Shown one piece after another: positions 55,482-64,000 of a stretch of 64,000 nt of DNA. Every line of letters starts with the position of its first letter. Position 1 is the first letter of the stretch. Source of the stretch: Thermoplasmata archaeon (lineage in GTDB: Archaea; Thermoplasmatota; Thermoplasmata; Lutacidiplasmatales; UBA184); the NCBI GenBank assembly GCA_021802125.1, contig JAKAAX010000004.1:4560-68559 (forward strand), given 5' to 3'. The notes beneath the pieces are model-generated. The model was not told where the DNA came from, did not search any database, and saw only the letters and a list, made by a program, of their open reading frames with translations. Position numbers and translations under genes: made by a program.

Positions 55482-56417
55482 ATGCGACAGGCCCGCTCGG
55501 TACCTCGGATGAGCGAGTCGCTGGTGCAGCTGGTCCCGGGGTCCAGGCTCCCACCCTGGATTCGGATGTCGCTCCCGCGCGAGCAGTACCCGCGTGTGCG
55601 GACCCTCCTTCAGGAGCAGAGGCTCTCCACCGTCTGCCGCGAGGCCCGCTGTCCGAACCTCACGGAGTGCTGGTCCGCGGGGACCGCCACGCTCATGCTC
55701 CTGGGGGACACCTGCACGCGCCGCTGCTCGTTCTGTGCGGTCACGACACGGTCCCAGGGCGGACACTTGGACGAGACCGAACCGGACCGCGTCGCCCGGG
55801 CGGTGGACGACTGGGGTCTTTCCTACGTGGTCCTGACCCAGGTCTGCCGAGACGATCTCTCGGACCAGGGGGCGGGGGCGCTCGCCCGCACGGTCCGGGC
55901 GATCCACGAGAGGCGGCCGAAGGTCCGGGTCGAGGTCCTCGCCTGCGACCTCGGGGGATCGGAGGACGCCGTCGGAACGGTACTGGGCTCCAAGCCCGAG
56001 GTGTTCGCGCACAACCTGGAGACCGTGCGTCGGCTATCCCCCGAGGTCCGCGACCGTCGGGCGGCCTACGACCTCTCTCTCAGGACGCTGCGGCTCGCGA
56101 AGGAGATCGGGCCCCGCGCGCGCCTGACGAAGTCTTCGCTCATGCTCGGTCTGGGCGAGGAGCGCGCCGAGGTCGTTGAGGCGATGTCGGACCTCCGCCG
56201 GGCGGGGGTCGACCTCCTGACGCTCGGGCAGTACCTAAGGCCGGGAGGGGACCGGTTCCGTCAGGTCTCACGGTACGTGTCCCCGGAGGAATTCGCAGAC
56301 CTGGCGGCGGAGGCGCGCCGCATGGGCTTCCTTGGAGTGGCGTCCGGGCCGCTGGTGCGCTCCTCCTACCGCGCCGACGAGCTTTTTGAGCGCGCGACCT
56401 CGGTCAGGGGGGACTGA
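55482..56417 (+). CDS. lipA: Lipoyl synthase (radical SAM)
   Basis: 311 aa from the ATG at 55482 (RBS GGGAGG). N-terminal CPNLTECW and radical-SAM CTRRCSFC clusters. Confidence 0.9.
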   Translation: MRQARSVPRMSESLVQLVPGSRLPPWIRMSLPREQYPRVRTLLQEQRLSTVCREARCPNLTECWSAGTATLMLLGDTCTRRCSFCAVTTRSQGGHLDETEPDRVARAVDDWGLSYVVLTQVCRDDLSDQGAGALARTVRAIHERRPKVRVEVLACDLGGSEDAVGTVLGSKPEVFAHNLETVRRLSPEVRDRRAAYDLSLRTLRLAKEIGPRARLTKSSLMLGLGEERAEVVEAMSDLRRAGVDLLTLGQYLRPGGDRFRQVSRYVSPEEFADLAAEARRMGFLGVASGPLVRSSYRADELFERATSVRGD

Positions 56418-56419
56418 AG

Positions 56420-56806
56420 ATGGCGAAGAAGGTCCGCAAACGCCTGGAAGAGGACCAGAAGGTCAAGGAGTTCCAGTTCCCGCACTTTGACGCCCGGGGC
56501 TTCATCCAGCACGAGCTGGAACAGTCCTACGCGACCGCGGTCTCCCTCACCTTCGCGCTGATCTTAGCCGTGGTCTCCTGGCAGCTCACGGCGATGGGAC
56601 TCGCGAACTCGACCGTGGGTGTCCTGCCCTTCGCGCTCGGTTCGCTGGCCCTGGGCGCCGCGGGGGGTGTCGGGATGTCCCTGGTGATCCGACGCTTCCG
56701 ACCCAAGGCGGAGGAGTACAAGCGGGGAGACTGGGTGGGGCTCATCATGACCTACGTCTTCCTCTGGGCGGGGATCTGGGCCCTCCTCGTCAACGTCTGG
56801 GGCTGA
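56420..56806 (+). CDS. Small membrane protein (3 TM), hypothetical, co-transcribed with lipA
   Basis: 128 aa. ATG 2 nt after the lipA stop. Basic N-terminus followed by three hydrophobic helices. Confidence 0.5.
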   Translation: MAKKVRKRLEEDQKVKEFQFPHFDARGFIQHELEQSYATAVSLTFALILAVVSWQLTAMGLANSTVGVLPFALGSLALGAAGGVGMSLVIRRFRPKAEEYKRGDWVGLIMTYVFLWAGIWALLVNVWG

Positions 56807-56911
56807 TCTCGCCCGGGAAGCCCGCGACGAGCCGACGACGCGGGCCGCGTCCCACCCGTACGGGGGGCTCGCGGTCGCCTTCCACCGGTCGGCCGACGGG
56901 AGATCGGCGCG

Positions 56912-58303
56912 CTAGCCCCAGGTGGCCCAGGGGAAGCCTTTCTCGAAGAGGACCCGCAAGGCCTCGGTCACCGCCGGAGAAGCCCCGGGCTCGGGAAGGA
57001 CGGAGAGCTTCCCCTGCCGGACGACGACCTCCTGTAGGTTCTTTCCGAACCCCATCTGCGGGAGCTCACGCTGCAGCAGCTCCCTCGCGTCGCGAAGTGA
57101 GCGTCGCACGTCGACCTGGAGCTTCCCCTCGGCCGTGAGGTACGGTCCCGCGATGCGGCTCTCCGAGGCGGGGCCCCACTTCTGCAGGAAGTTCCCCACC
57201 TCGTGGGAGCCCGCCGGAGGGCCCGGGTGTCGGGCCAGGGGGCCCAAGGTCCTCCGGTCGATCTCGACGAGGATCGCCGCCTCGCCGTCCGACTTCGCGG
57301 AAGCCGTGGCCAAGACCTCGAAGCCCCACCTCTCCAGGGGGCCCGCCAGGGCCCTCTCGCACTTGCGAAGCTGCGGATAGAGGATGTCGTCGACGAGGTC
57401 GGGGGACGGGAAGGTCAGCACCACGACCTCGGTCCCCCGCTTCCGCGCTTCGGAGAGGAGGTCGTCGAACGACGGGACCTGGCGTTTCGGGGGGAGGAAG
57501 AACTCCCGACGGGGAGCCGCCGTGTACGCCTCCACCGCCATGAGGAAGAGGGCGAGGTTCCGCTTCGAGAGGGCGGAGGCCACGTTGCGGTGGGGGTCCA
57601 CCGGGTCCGGAAGCACGAGGGCGACCTCGGGGACCGTGGCGGGTTCCGGCCCCGGAGGGCAGAGACGTTGGGGCACGTGCCAGCGGGCGGCGTCGGCCAT
57701 GAGCCCCCCGAAGGAGCCGTAGCGCACGATGAGAAGCTCGACCAAGTACCCGGAGAACCCCTCGGTCCGGGTGTCCGCGCCGTAGATCCCCAGCGTCTTC
57801 AGGAAGCGCTTCAGCAATCGGACATCGTCGCGCGTCCTCTCGTTGAGCCTGGGAGAAAGGTAGGCGTGGTGGAAGGGGGTCCGGTCGACGGCGGTCTGGG
57901 GCCGGTCCGAACGCTCGACCTGGAAGCCGGGTACGGCGTCCACCGCGAACCCTTCGTAGATCCCCCGAAGGTACGGATGCTCGGCGTACCGCTTTTCCGG
58001 GGACTGAAGGAACGTCTGCGCGAGCTCGAGCCCCAACGACGCGAGCCGCTCGCGAGGGAGCGAGGGGTCGAAGAGCATGAACAGGTCCATGTCGAGCCGG
58101 CCGCCCGCCGCCGGCGGAAGGTAGGTCTCTCTCGCGGCGCTTCCGGCGACCAGGGCTCGCTTGAGAGGGATGCCCCGGGCGGAGGCCTCCGACTGGGCGC
58201 GGGAGACGATGCTCTCCCGAGCGCGCGCCAACCTGGCGAGCTCCTCAGGGTCCGGACGCAGCCGGAGCGCGACCTCCTCTTCGAGCGGGGTCAGGGGCAC
58301 CGG
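56912..58303 (-). CDS. cca: CCA-adding enzyme (archaeal class I tRNA nucleotidyltransferase)
   Basis: Motifs GSAARETYLP, DMDLFMLF, RYAEHPY, VDRTPFHH and FSGYLVELLIVRYGSF are diagnostic. Start uncertain: GTG 58303 (chosen, about 463 aa), GTG 58366, or GTG 58414 as in the track ORF. Confidence 0.8.
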   Translation of the reverse strand, partial: PVPLTPLEEEVALRLRPDPEELARLARARESIVSRAQSEASARGIPLKRALVAGSAARETYLPPAAGGRLDMDLFMLFDPSLPRERLASLGLELAQTFLQSPEKRYAEHPYLRGIYEGFAVDAVPGFQVERSDRPQTAVDRTPFHHAYLSPRLNERTRDDVRLLKRFLKTLGIYGADTRTEGFSGYLVELLIVRYGSFGGLMADAARWHVPQRLCPPGPEPATVPEVALVLPDPVDPHRNVASALSKRNLALFLMAVEAYTAAPRREFFLPPKRQVPSFDDLLSEARKRGTEVVVLTFPSPDLVDDILYPQLRKCERALAGPLERWGFEVLATASAKSDGEAAILVEIDRRTLGPLARHPGPPAGSHEVGNFLQKWGPASESRIAGPYLTAEGKLQVDVRRSLRDARELLQRELPQMGFGKNLQEVVVRQGKLSVLPEPGASPAVTEALRVLFEKGFPWATWG

Positions 58304-58451
58304 CGCCTTGGGGGGGTCCCCCCCCTCGGCCGTAGGGCTCCTCGACGCCGGGGGACCTCGCGACACCCGTCGGGCATCTCCGTGCCCCTTCTTGAGCCCT
58401 CCCCCGTCCTTCACCGAGACATTATCCCTCGCGGGCCGGTCTATCGATAGA

Positions 58452-59534
58452 ATGGCGAGCGGTGCGACGTCCGCAGCGCCCGGGCACGCAGGCCTCCTCT
58501 ACGAAGCGCTGCCCAGCGGGAAGGTGCGGTGCACCGCGTGCGCGCGCTACTGCGTGATTCCCGAGGGCTCCCACGGTTTCTGCTTCGTCCGGGCGAACCA
58601 CGGGGGGAAGCTCGAGCTCCTCACCTACGGGAGGGTGGCGGCGGTCCAGGTCGACCCGGTCGAGAAGAAACCGCTCTCCCACTACCGGCCCGGCACCCGG
58701 GTCTTCGGCATCGGCACCCAGGGATGCAACTGGCGCTGCCAGTACTGCCAGAACTTCGAGATCAGCCAGGACCCTCGCGTATCCGGCCGCGACCTCTCAC
58801 CGCAGGAGGCCGCCTCCTGGGCGGTCCGAAAGGGGTGCCAGGGGATCACCTTCACCTACAACGAGCCTACGATCTTCATCGAGTACGCCTCCGACGTGAT
58901 CGACGAGGCGCACCGTCGCGGCCTCTACGCGAACTTCGTCACGAACGGCTACATGACCCCCGAGTCCGTCGAACTTCTCCGGGGAAGGCTAGACGCCGTC
59001 TCGGTCGATTTCAAGGGCAGCGGCGAGCCCTCGTTCATGCGGAAGTACATCCAGGCGAAGGGACCGGACCCGATCTTCGAGTCCCTCGAGGGCCTCGCCA
59101 AGAACGGGACCCATGTCGAGGTCACGAACCTGATCGTCCCCCAGGTGGGGGACGACACCGAGGCGCTCCGCCGGCTGGCCTCCTGGGTCCGCGACCACCT
59201 GGGGGCGGAGACCCCGTTCCACCTGCTGCGCTGGCACCCCGATTACAAGATGCGGGACCTGCCCGAGACGCCGGTCCGGACCCTCGAGCGGCTTCACTCT
59301 GTCGCCAAGGCCGAGGGGCTGGACTACGTCTACCTGGGCAACGTCTGGGGCCACCCCCTGGAGCACACGTACTGCCCGAAGTGCGGAGCGATCGCGGTCG
59401 ACCGCTACGGGTTCTACATCCGAGCTTGGAACCTGGACCAAGAGAACCGCTGCCGGGAGTGCAAGCACCCCATCCCGATCGTCGGCACGCTTCCGAAGGA
59501 GTACGAGCCCACCTTCGTCACTCCCCTCATGTGA
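58452..59534 (+). CDS. AmmeMemoRadiSam-system radical SAM enzyme (PFL-activase-like)
   Basis: 360 aa from the ATG at 58452. N-terminal Cys cluster CTACARYC, radical-SAM GCNWRCQYC, C-terminal CPKCG..CRECK. Confidence 0.8.
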   Translation: MASGATSAAPGHAGLLYEALPSGKVRCTACARYCVIPEGSHGFCFVRANHGGKLELLTYGRVAAVQVDPVEKKPLSHYRPGTRVFGIGTQGCNWRCQYCQNFEISQDPRVSGRDLSPQEAASWAVRKGCQGITFTYNEPTIFIEYASDVIDEAHRRGLYANFVTNGYMTPESVELLRGRLDAVSVDFKGSGEPSFMRKYIQAKGPDPIFESLEGLAKNGTHVEVTNLIVPQVGDDTEALRRLASWVRDHLGAETPFHLLRWHPDYKMRDLPETPVRTLERLHSVAKAEGLDYVYLGNVWGHPLEHTYCPKCGAIAVDRYGFYIRAWNLDQENRCRECKHPIPIVGTLPKEYEPTFVTPLM

Positions 59535-59567
59535 CCCGACCCCTGCGGCGGGGCTCTCGAGGCGGCC

Positions 59568-60674
59568 CTACTTGGTGCCCCAGACCAGGACATGGATCGG
59601 GGCGAGCTCGGAGGAGCTCACCTCGCGCATGCCGTTCCGCCGGAGGAAGTTCATGAACTGGGCCGAGGGGAGCAGCTGGTCGTCGAGGATCGCCTCGACG
59701 TACTGGACCCCGGCCATGACCTTTCCCGCTGGGGTCCGGAGCTTCTCGATCTCGCCCCACTCCGGGAACGGGAACTCGCTGATGAGGAACGCACCCTTCG
59801 GACGTAGGGCCCGGACGACCTGCCGGACCACCTCCTCCTTGTCCTGGACCTCGTGGAGGGCGATGTTCATCAGGACGATGTCGGCCGCGGGAACCGGGTC
59901 CTTGCCCAGAATGCCGTGCGAGATGGTGACCCGGTCGCCCAGGCCCGCCGCCGCGACCGCGGCTTTCGCCACCTCGACGCTCCTTTCGTCGCCCTCGACC
60001 CCATGGACCTTGAGGTTCGGGAAGGCCTTCGCCAGGCGCACCAGCCCGTCCCCTCGGCCGCAGGCGAGCTCGACCAGGGTGAGCGGGGTCGGGCCGTTCA
60101 GCCGCTCGATCAGGCCGGGGACCTGCGCGAAGCCCTTCCGCAGAAGCCGGGTGTAGAACGTGCGGGAGCTGTCGGCCTGGGACGCGGGAAGGTCCTTCGA
60201 GAACTGGTCCCACCAGGAGCGTTCGCCGTCGGCCACGTGCTGGTCGAGGAACGTCCAGGCCTCGCGCAGGGCGCCAAGGAACCGGACGGTGCCCGCGAAG
60301 TAGACCGGGCTTCCCGGCTCCAGAAGGGGGGCCTTCAGGCCCTCGGCGAGGAAGAACCGCCCCTCCTTGAATTCCACGAGCTCCGCGCTGTAGGCCGCGT
60401 TGCACCACACGGTCACGTAGAGCCGGTCCAGGTCGAGCTCCCGGGCCAGGAACTCCGCTGACAGCCCCTCCGGGTGTCGCGAGAGGCACTCGAAGAGCCC
60501 GTGTCGGACCCCCAGGTCCAGGGTCCAGGTCGCAAAGAACCCGGCCGCGAAGTCCTGGAGGCGGCCGATCTGTCGGCTAGTGGCCTCCTTCTCCTGAGGG
60601 GAGGGCCCGCTGGAAGCCGGTGAAGAGGGTGGAGGAGCCGCGTTCGGGACTTCGGGGGCGGGTGGGGTGGTCAT
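59568..60674 (-). CDS. Class I SAM-dependent O-methyltransferase with N-terminal dimerisation/winged-helix domain
   Basis: About 368 aa from the ATG at 60674. SAM motif LVELACGRGDG, acidic D(I/L)VLM motif. TATA-like CCTTATAGG about 25-30 nt upstream. Confidence 0.7.
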   Translation of the reverse strand: MTTPPAPEVPNAAPPPSSPASSGPSPQEKEATSRQIGRLQDFAAGFFATWTLDLGVRHGLFECLSRHPEGLSAEFLARELDLDRLYVTVWCNAAYSAELVEFKEGRFFLAEGLKAPLLEPGSPVYFAGTVRFLGALREAWTFLDQHVADGERSWWDQFSKDLPASQADSSRTFYTRLLRKGFAQVPGLIERLNGPTPLTLVELACGRGDGLVRLAKAFPNLKVHGVEGDERSVEVAKAAVAAAGLGDRVTISHGILGKDPVPAADIVLMNIALHEVQDKEEVVRQVVRALRPKGAFLISEFPFPEWGEIEKLRTPAGKVMAGVQYVEAILDDQLLPSAQFMNFLRRNGMREVSSSELAPIHVLVWGTK

Positions 60675-60934
60675 CCCGGGGCCGAGCCGAACGCCCCTAT
60701 AAGGGGCGCACGAAGGGCGTCCCGGGCCCAACTACCCCCTCACTCCCTCTGTCCTCTCCCGGGTCGGCCTCCTTCTCTCCGTCTCTTTCCCCATAGACCC
60801 CGTCCGTTGCCCTCTCGGCTCAGAGATGCGACGTGGCTGGGAAACTGGGGACCGGTCTCTCCGCGACATCCTGGACCGGCGCCGAACACCCGTCGATCCG
60901 GTGAACGCTGGCACCACGACATAGGAACGAGCTT

Positions 60935-60948
60935 CCCGACATGTCGGG
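60935..60948. promoter_or_regulatory. Perfect 14-bp palindrome CCCGACATGTCGGG upstream of the 61037 gene (candidate transcription-factor site)
   Basis: Lies about 55 nt upstream of the TATA-like ACTTATATT (61001-61009) and about 90 nt upstream of the ATG. Confidence 0.3.
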
Positions 60949-61036
60949 GGAAAAGCCACGAGCTATCCTTTAGCACGGCGGGGGACGCCACCCGGGACCA
61001 CACTTATATTGCCACGGCGACCATAGTCACTTCAGG

Positions 61037-61708
61037 ATGGGGCAGAAGGTCCCCGCGAGCATTTCGGGTGCTCGTAGGGTCTCCCTGAAAGGTCCGCTAC
61101 CGCTCGAAAACGTGGGGCTCAAAACGAACGCCAGGTCCAGGGTTGCCGAGACCCGGGCCGAAGCCCCCCGCCCAAGCGGTAGTACGGCGGCCGTCGACCT
61201 GCCATCGCTCTCGCGGGCGATCCGCCGGGCGGTGGGCCATGACGGCATGCGGCGAGAGGACGCGGACGCGATCGCGGGCCATATCCTGAACTTCTTCGGC
61301 TTCAACGAACGGATCATCGACAACGTTCTGGAGCCTGACGACCGAGACACGTTCTACATGCTCGAGGACTCCGGCATCCTCGAGACCGAGCGCGACGAGA
61401 CCACGCTCTACGACGGCCGGGAGTGGCGGATCCACTACTGGATGTTCCGGAAGGACCGCATCCTCCAGCTGGCCAAGGAGGAGGCCGACGCCTCCCCCGA
61501 AGAGAAGGAGGAGGAGGTCCCGATCGCCCCGCTCCCCCGCGTCAGCGCCCCTACCCCCCTCGTCGTCCCCACCGCAGACTCCTCCGTCTACCACCACCTT
61601 TCCGACGAGGCGTGGGGGAAGCGGGAGGAGGAGGGCGAGGAGGCCGAGTCGCCCCAGCTCTCCCTGCCCAACTCGCGCTTCACGCGCGCACCGCTCTCGC
61701 CGGGTTGA
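61037..61708 (+). CDS. Hypothetical protein with acidic C-terminal tail
   Basis: 223 aa. Conserved-looking core AIAGHILNFFGFNERIIDNVLEPDDRDTFYMLEDSGILETERDETTLYDGREWRIHYW. Glu-rich C-terminus. Confidence 0.45.
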   Translation: MGQKVPASISGARRVSLKGPLPLENVGLKTNARSRVAETRAEAPRPSGSTAAVDLPSLSRAIRRAVGHDGMRREDADAIAGHILNFFGFNERIIDNVLEPDDRDTFYMLEDSGILETERDETTLYDGREWRIHYWMFRKDRILQLAKEEADASPEEKEEEVPIAPLPRVSAPTPLVVPTADSSVYHHLSDEAWGKREEEGEEAESPQLSLPNSRFTRAPLSPG

Positions 61709-61786
61709 TCTCCGGACATCCTTCGGGCGGGCACCCTCCTTCAGGGTGGCTTGAGCGCTCATGTACTGGACCCCCTAGCCTCCTCC

Positions 61787-62431
61787 GTGCGCAGGTTCCT
61801 CCTCCTGGTCCATCGTGTCCCCGTCGACGGGGAGTTCACCCTCAACGACCTCGCGGGAGCCGGAGGGCGCGTGGACGAGGTGGCCTCCGTGGTGGGCGCG
61901 GCGTTCCTCATCTCCAACGGGCTCCGGCGCGACACCGAACTGACGCTGCTCTTCGCCCACCCTCCCGAAAGGGCCCGCCGGATCCGGATGGTCGGATCCC
62001 GCCTGAAGTTCCTGAATCCAGACGAGCGGTCGACCGCCGCCCTGCTCAAGAACGCGCTCGTGCGGAGCTGGACGCGGCCGGACGTTGAAATGGAGACGAC
62101 CCCCGGGATCTTCGTCGGCCCGGGTCATCCGGAAGAGGACCTGCGCTCGTTCCTGGCGACCCCGTCGACGTACTGGGCCACCGAGGGGGGACGACCCCTC
62201 CGCGGTCTCGAGCTACCCGAGAGCTGCGGGTTCGTGGTCAGCGACCCCTGGGACCCCACCCAAGCCGAGAGGGCGATCCTGACCGGGTCGGGAGTGCCCC
62301 AGGTGGCGCTGGGCCCCCTCTCCTTGAGGGCCTCCCAGTGCGTGATCCTGCTCCAGAACGCGCTCGACCTTCGGGCGAGCCCTTCGCCTTCGAGCCCCAA
62401 CGAGGCCCCGACAGGGGCTAGAACCCCGTAG
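61787..62431 (+). CDS. trmY: tRNA (pseudouridine54-N1)-methyltransferase TrmY (SPOUT, DUF358/MJ1640 family)
   Basis: About 214 aa from the GTG at 61787 (track has a TTG at 61751). FTLNDLAGAGGRVDEV...IRMVGSRLKFLNPDERSTAALLKNAL matches the TrmY family. Confidence 0.8.
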   Translation: MRRFLLLVHRVPVDGEFTLNDLAGAGGRVDEVASVVGAAFLISNGLRRDTELTLLFAHPPERARRIRMVGSRLKFLNPDERSTAALLKNALVRSWTRPDVEMETTPGIFVGPGHPEEDLRSFLATPSTYWATEGGRPLRGLELPESCGFVVSDPWDPTQAERAILTGSGVPQVALGPLSLRASQCVILLQNALDLRASPSPSSPNEAPTGARTP

Positions 62432-62462
62432 CGCGCCCAACGGCCGCCCGCTTGCCCGCCTC

Positions 62463-63530
62463 TCAGGTGGTCAGGGCCTTGTCCAGCGTCCGAGGCTCCA
62501 GCCCGCCCACCACAGCGGTGAGCCGGACCCGGTCCCAGCGCTCCGGATGGGTCCGGAACCCGGGAGTGATCTCCGCAGGGTCGTGCAGCTCGCGTCGGAA
62601 GGCCTCCACGATCCGATGGTAGGCCCCGAACGTCAGGTCGCTTCCTCCCTCGACGAAGAGGATGGCCGGTCCCGCTCGGTCCTTCACCTCGAAATCCAGG
62701 AGGCCCTCCCGCAGCGCCTGACGGACCAGACCGTCGGGGTCGCTGGGATGCCCTTCCGCGAAGAGCAGGGTGGAGAGCCCTCCCCCCTCGAGCAGCCGCC
62801 GGACGTGGGCCAGGTCGATGTTCATTTCGGAGGGGTGCCGGACCATGTCGACAAGGCCGGAGACGAGGGCGCGAAGGTAGGAGTTCCGGTAGTGGAACAC
62901 CTGCTTGATCGGAAGCCGGTCGAACTTGCGGAGCCGCTCGTTGGCGAAGGCCAGCAGGGCTCCCCCATTGGCCTGGAGCTCCGACAGGGCCTTCGAGGTG
63001 TTCTCCCGGATCCTCGCGCTCGTGGCGAGCTCCGCGTGGAACGGAAGGAAGACCACGCTGATCGGCAACGCGCCCACCTCGCGGGTCAGCGAGAGGCAAA
63101 GCGGCGCGAGGGCGCTCCCCGTCCCGCCTCCGAGGCCGGCCATGAGGAAGACGATGTCGAAGTCGCGAAGCCGCGCGAGAAGGTCCTCCCGGAACTCCCC
63201 GAGACTGGTGAGGACCGCCTCGCGGTCCCCGCCGCTCCCCCGACCGGAGAGCGCCGCCTGGCCCACCAGGATCCGGCGGTGGGCCCGCGCGTTCAAGAGA
63301 TGGTGGCCATCGGTGTTCACGGCGAGAGTCTCGACCCCGAGCAGCTGCTGGTCGAAGAGGTCCGTGACCGCTTCGGACCCGGCGCCCCCCAGGCCCACGA
63401 CCAACGCCCGCGGCGCGCGGGCCAGTTCCCCCCAGGGATACTCGTGAGGGCCGGAAGCGGGAGGCGCTGCCGGCCGGGGGCTCGCCGTCTCTCCCATCGT
63501 CCCTCCTGGGGCTCCACCCCGCGGTGACAC
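62463..63530 (-). CDS. Divergent FtsZ/tubulin-superfamily GTPase (FtsZ-like, short form)
   Basis: 355 aa. G1 region VVGLGGAGSEAV, tubulin signature GLGGGTGSALAPL, T7-loop-like NIDLAHV. No long C-terminal linker/tail. Confidence 0.7.
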   Translation of the reverse strand: MSPRGGAPGGTMGETASPRPAAPPASGPHEYPWGELARAPRALVVGLGGAGSEAVTDLFDQQLLGVETLAVNTDGHHLLNARAHRRILVGQAALSGRGSGGDREAVLTSLGEFREDLLARLRDFDIVFLMAGLGGGTGSALAPLCLSLTREVGALPISVVFLPFHAELATSARIRENTSKALSELQANGGALLAFANERLRKFDRLPIKQVFHYRNSYLRALVSGLVDMVRHPSEMNIDLAHVRRLLEGGGLSTLLFAEGHPSDPDGLVRQALREGLLDFEVKDRAGPAILFVEGGSDLTFGAYHRIVEAFRRELHDPAEITPGFRTHPERWDRVRLTAVVGGLEPRTLDKALTT

Positions 63531-63546
63531 TCAGCCAGGACGGAGC

Positions 63547-63927
63547 CTAGCCGCCCTCGGTCACGAGCCCATCCCCTTCAGGAGAGGTGCCTCGGTGCGA
63601 GCTGCTTCCGCCGTGCGCCGAGTGACGGCCGATCTGCTCGAGCTTGCTGCGGACGTACTCCCGCACCGCCGTGCGGATCGCGTCCTCCATGTCGACGTTG
63701 ACCCCCTCGTCGGCGAGCTCTTTCAGCTGAAGGTAGTCATGGTGGGGAAGGCTCACGAGGGTCTTACGCGCACGGGTCGTCGGCAGCTGCACCTGAATGT
63801 ACTCCTCGAGCGCGGCGCGTATCGTGTCCGAGATCGTGGGCTGGCCCAGGTTCTCCTGGATCCGCTTGAGCCCGTCCACCAGTTCCTGGGGGATGCGGAC
63901 CGTCACGCGCTCCGACGTATCCGGCAT
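63547..63927 (-). CDS. Tandem ribbon-helix-helix (CopG/Arc/MetJ-type) DNA-binding protein
   Basis: About 126 aa from the ATG at 63927. Two RHH units (ERVTVRIPQELVDGLKRI and KTLVSLPHHDYLQLKELA). Immediately upstream of the FtsZ-like gene on the same strand, 16 nt apart. Confidence 0.65.
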   Translation of the reverse strand: MPDTSERVTVRIPQELVDGLKRIQENLGQPTISDTIRAALEEYIQVQLPTTRARKTLVSLPHHDYLQLKELADEGVNVDMEDAIRTAVREYVRSKLEQIGRHSAHGGSSSHRGTSPEGDGLVTEGG

Positions 63928-64000
63928 GGGCGTCTGACACTCGTCCGACAGATACATGCGGCTCGGGGGAGATAAGCGTATCGGAATTTCGTCCCCTGCC

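Overview
This window is a GC-rich (roughly two-thirds G+C) archaeal chromosomal segment that is densely coding on both strands. The archaeal call rests on TBP, Orc1/Cdc6, aIF-1A, the KEOPS kinase Bud32, a class-I CCA-adding enzyme, an RPA with one OB fold plus a zinc ribbon, TrmY, and a candidate C/D-box sRNA. The proteins are not acid-shifted, so this is not a haloarchaeon. I call about 60 genes. Housekeeping genes include pdxS, pyrF, nnr, speB, tmk, tatD-like, lipA, cca, cobT, a ThiI PP-loop domain, trmY and tbp. Two gene sets encode fatty-acid beta-oxidation functions: acyl-CoA dehydrogenases, EtfAB, FixC, enoyl-CoA hydratase, acyl-CoA synthetase, and a thiolase with its DUF35 partner. There are two large Kelch/PKD surface glycoproteins and several membrane-anchored secreted proteins. 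Other calls include a STAND-type AAA ATPase with TPR repeats, a CitE-like lyase and an ABC-2 exporter. The most unusual content is a VKOR homologue next to two tandem paralogous membrane proteins. Each of those has a cytoplasmic HTH-like N-terminus, three TM helices, and an extracytoplasmic thioredoxin-fold domain with a glutaredoxin-type CPYC motif. A third paralogue has that CPYC domain fused to an SRPBCC/AHSA1 domain and is translationally coupled to an ArsR regulator. An operon of a tandem-RHH DNA-binding protein with a divergent FtsZ/tubulin-family GTPase is also notable. Promoters look archaeal (TATA elements of the form TTCAAATAG / TTTATA about 25 nt upstream of mostly leaderless starts). 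I found no tRNA, rRNA, CRISPR array or transposase/integrase. Many long ORFs in the six-frame track are GC-driven antisense shadows and were rejected. One coordinate caution: in lines 43921-45120 my manual base counts run about 2 nt below the ORF-track numbers, so I use the track coordinates there.
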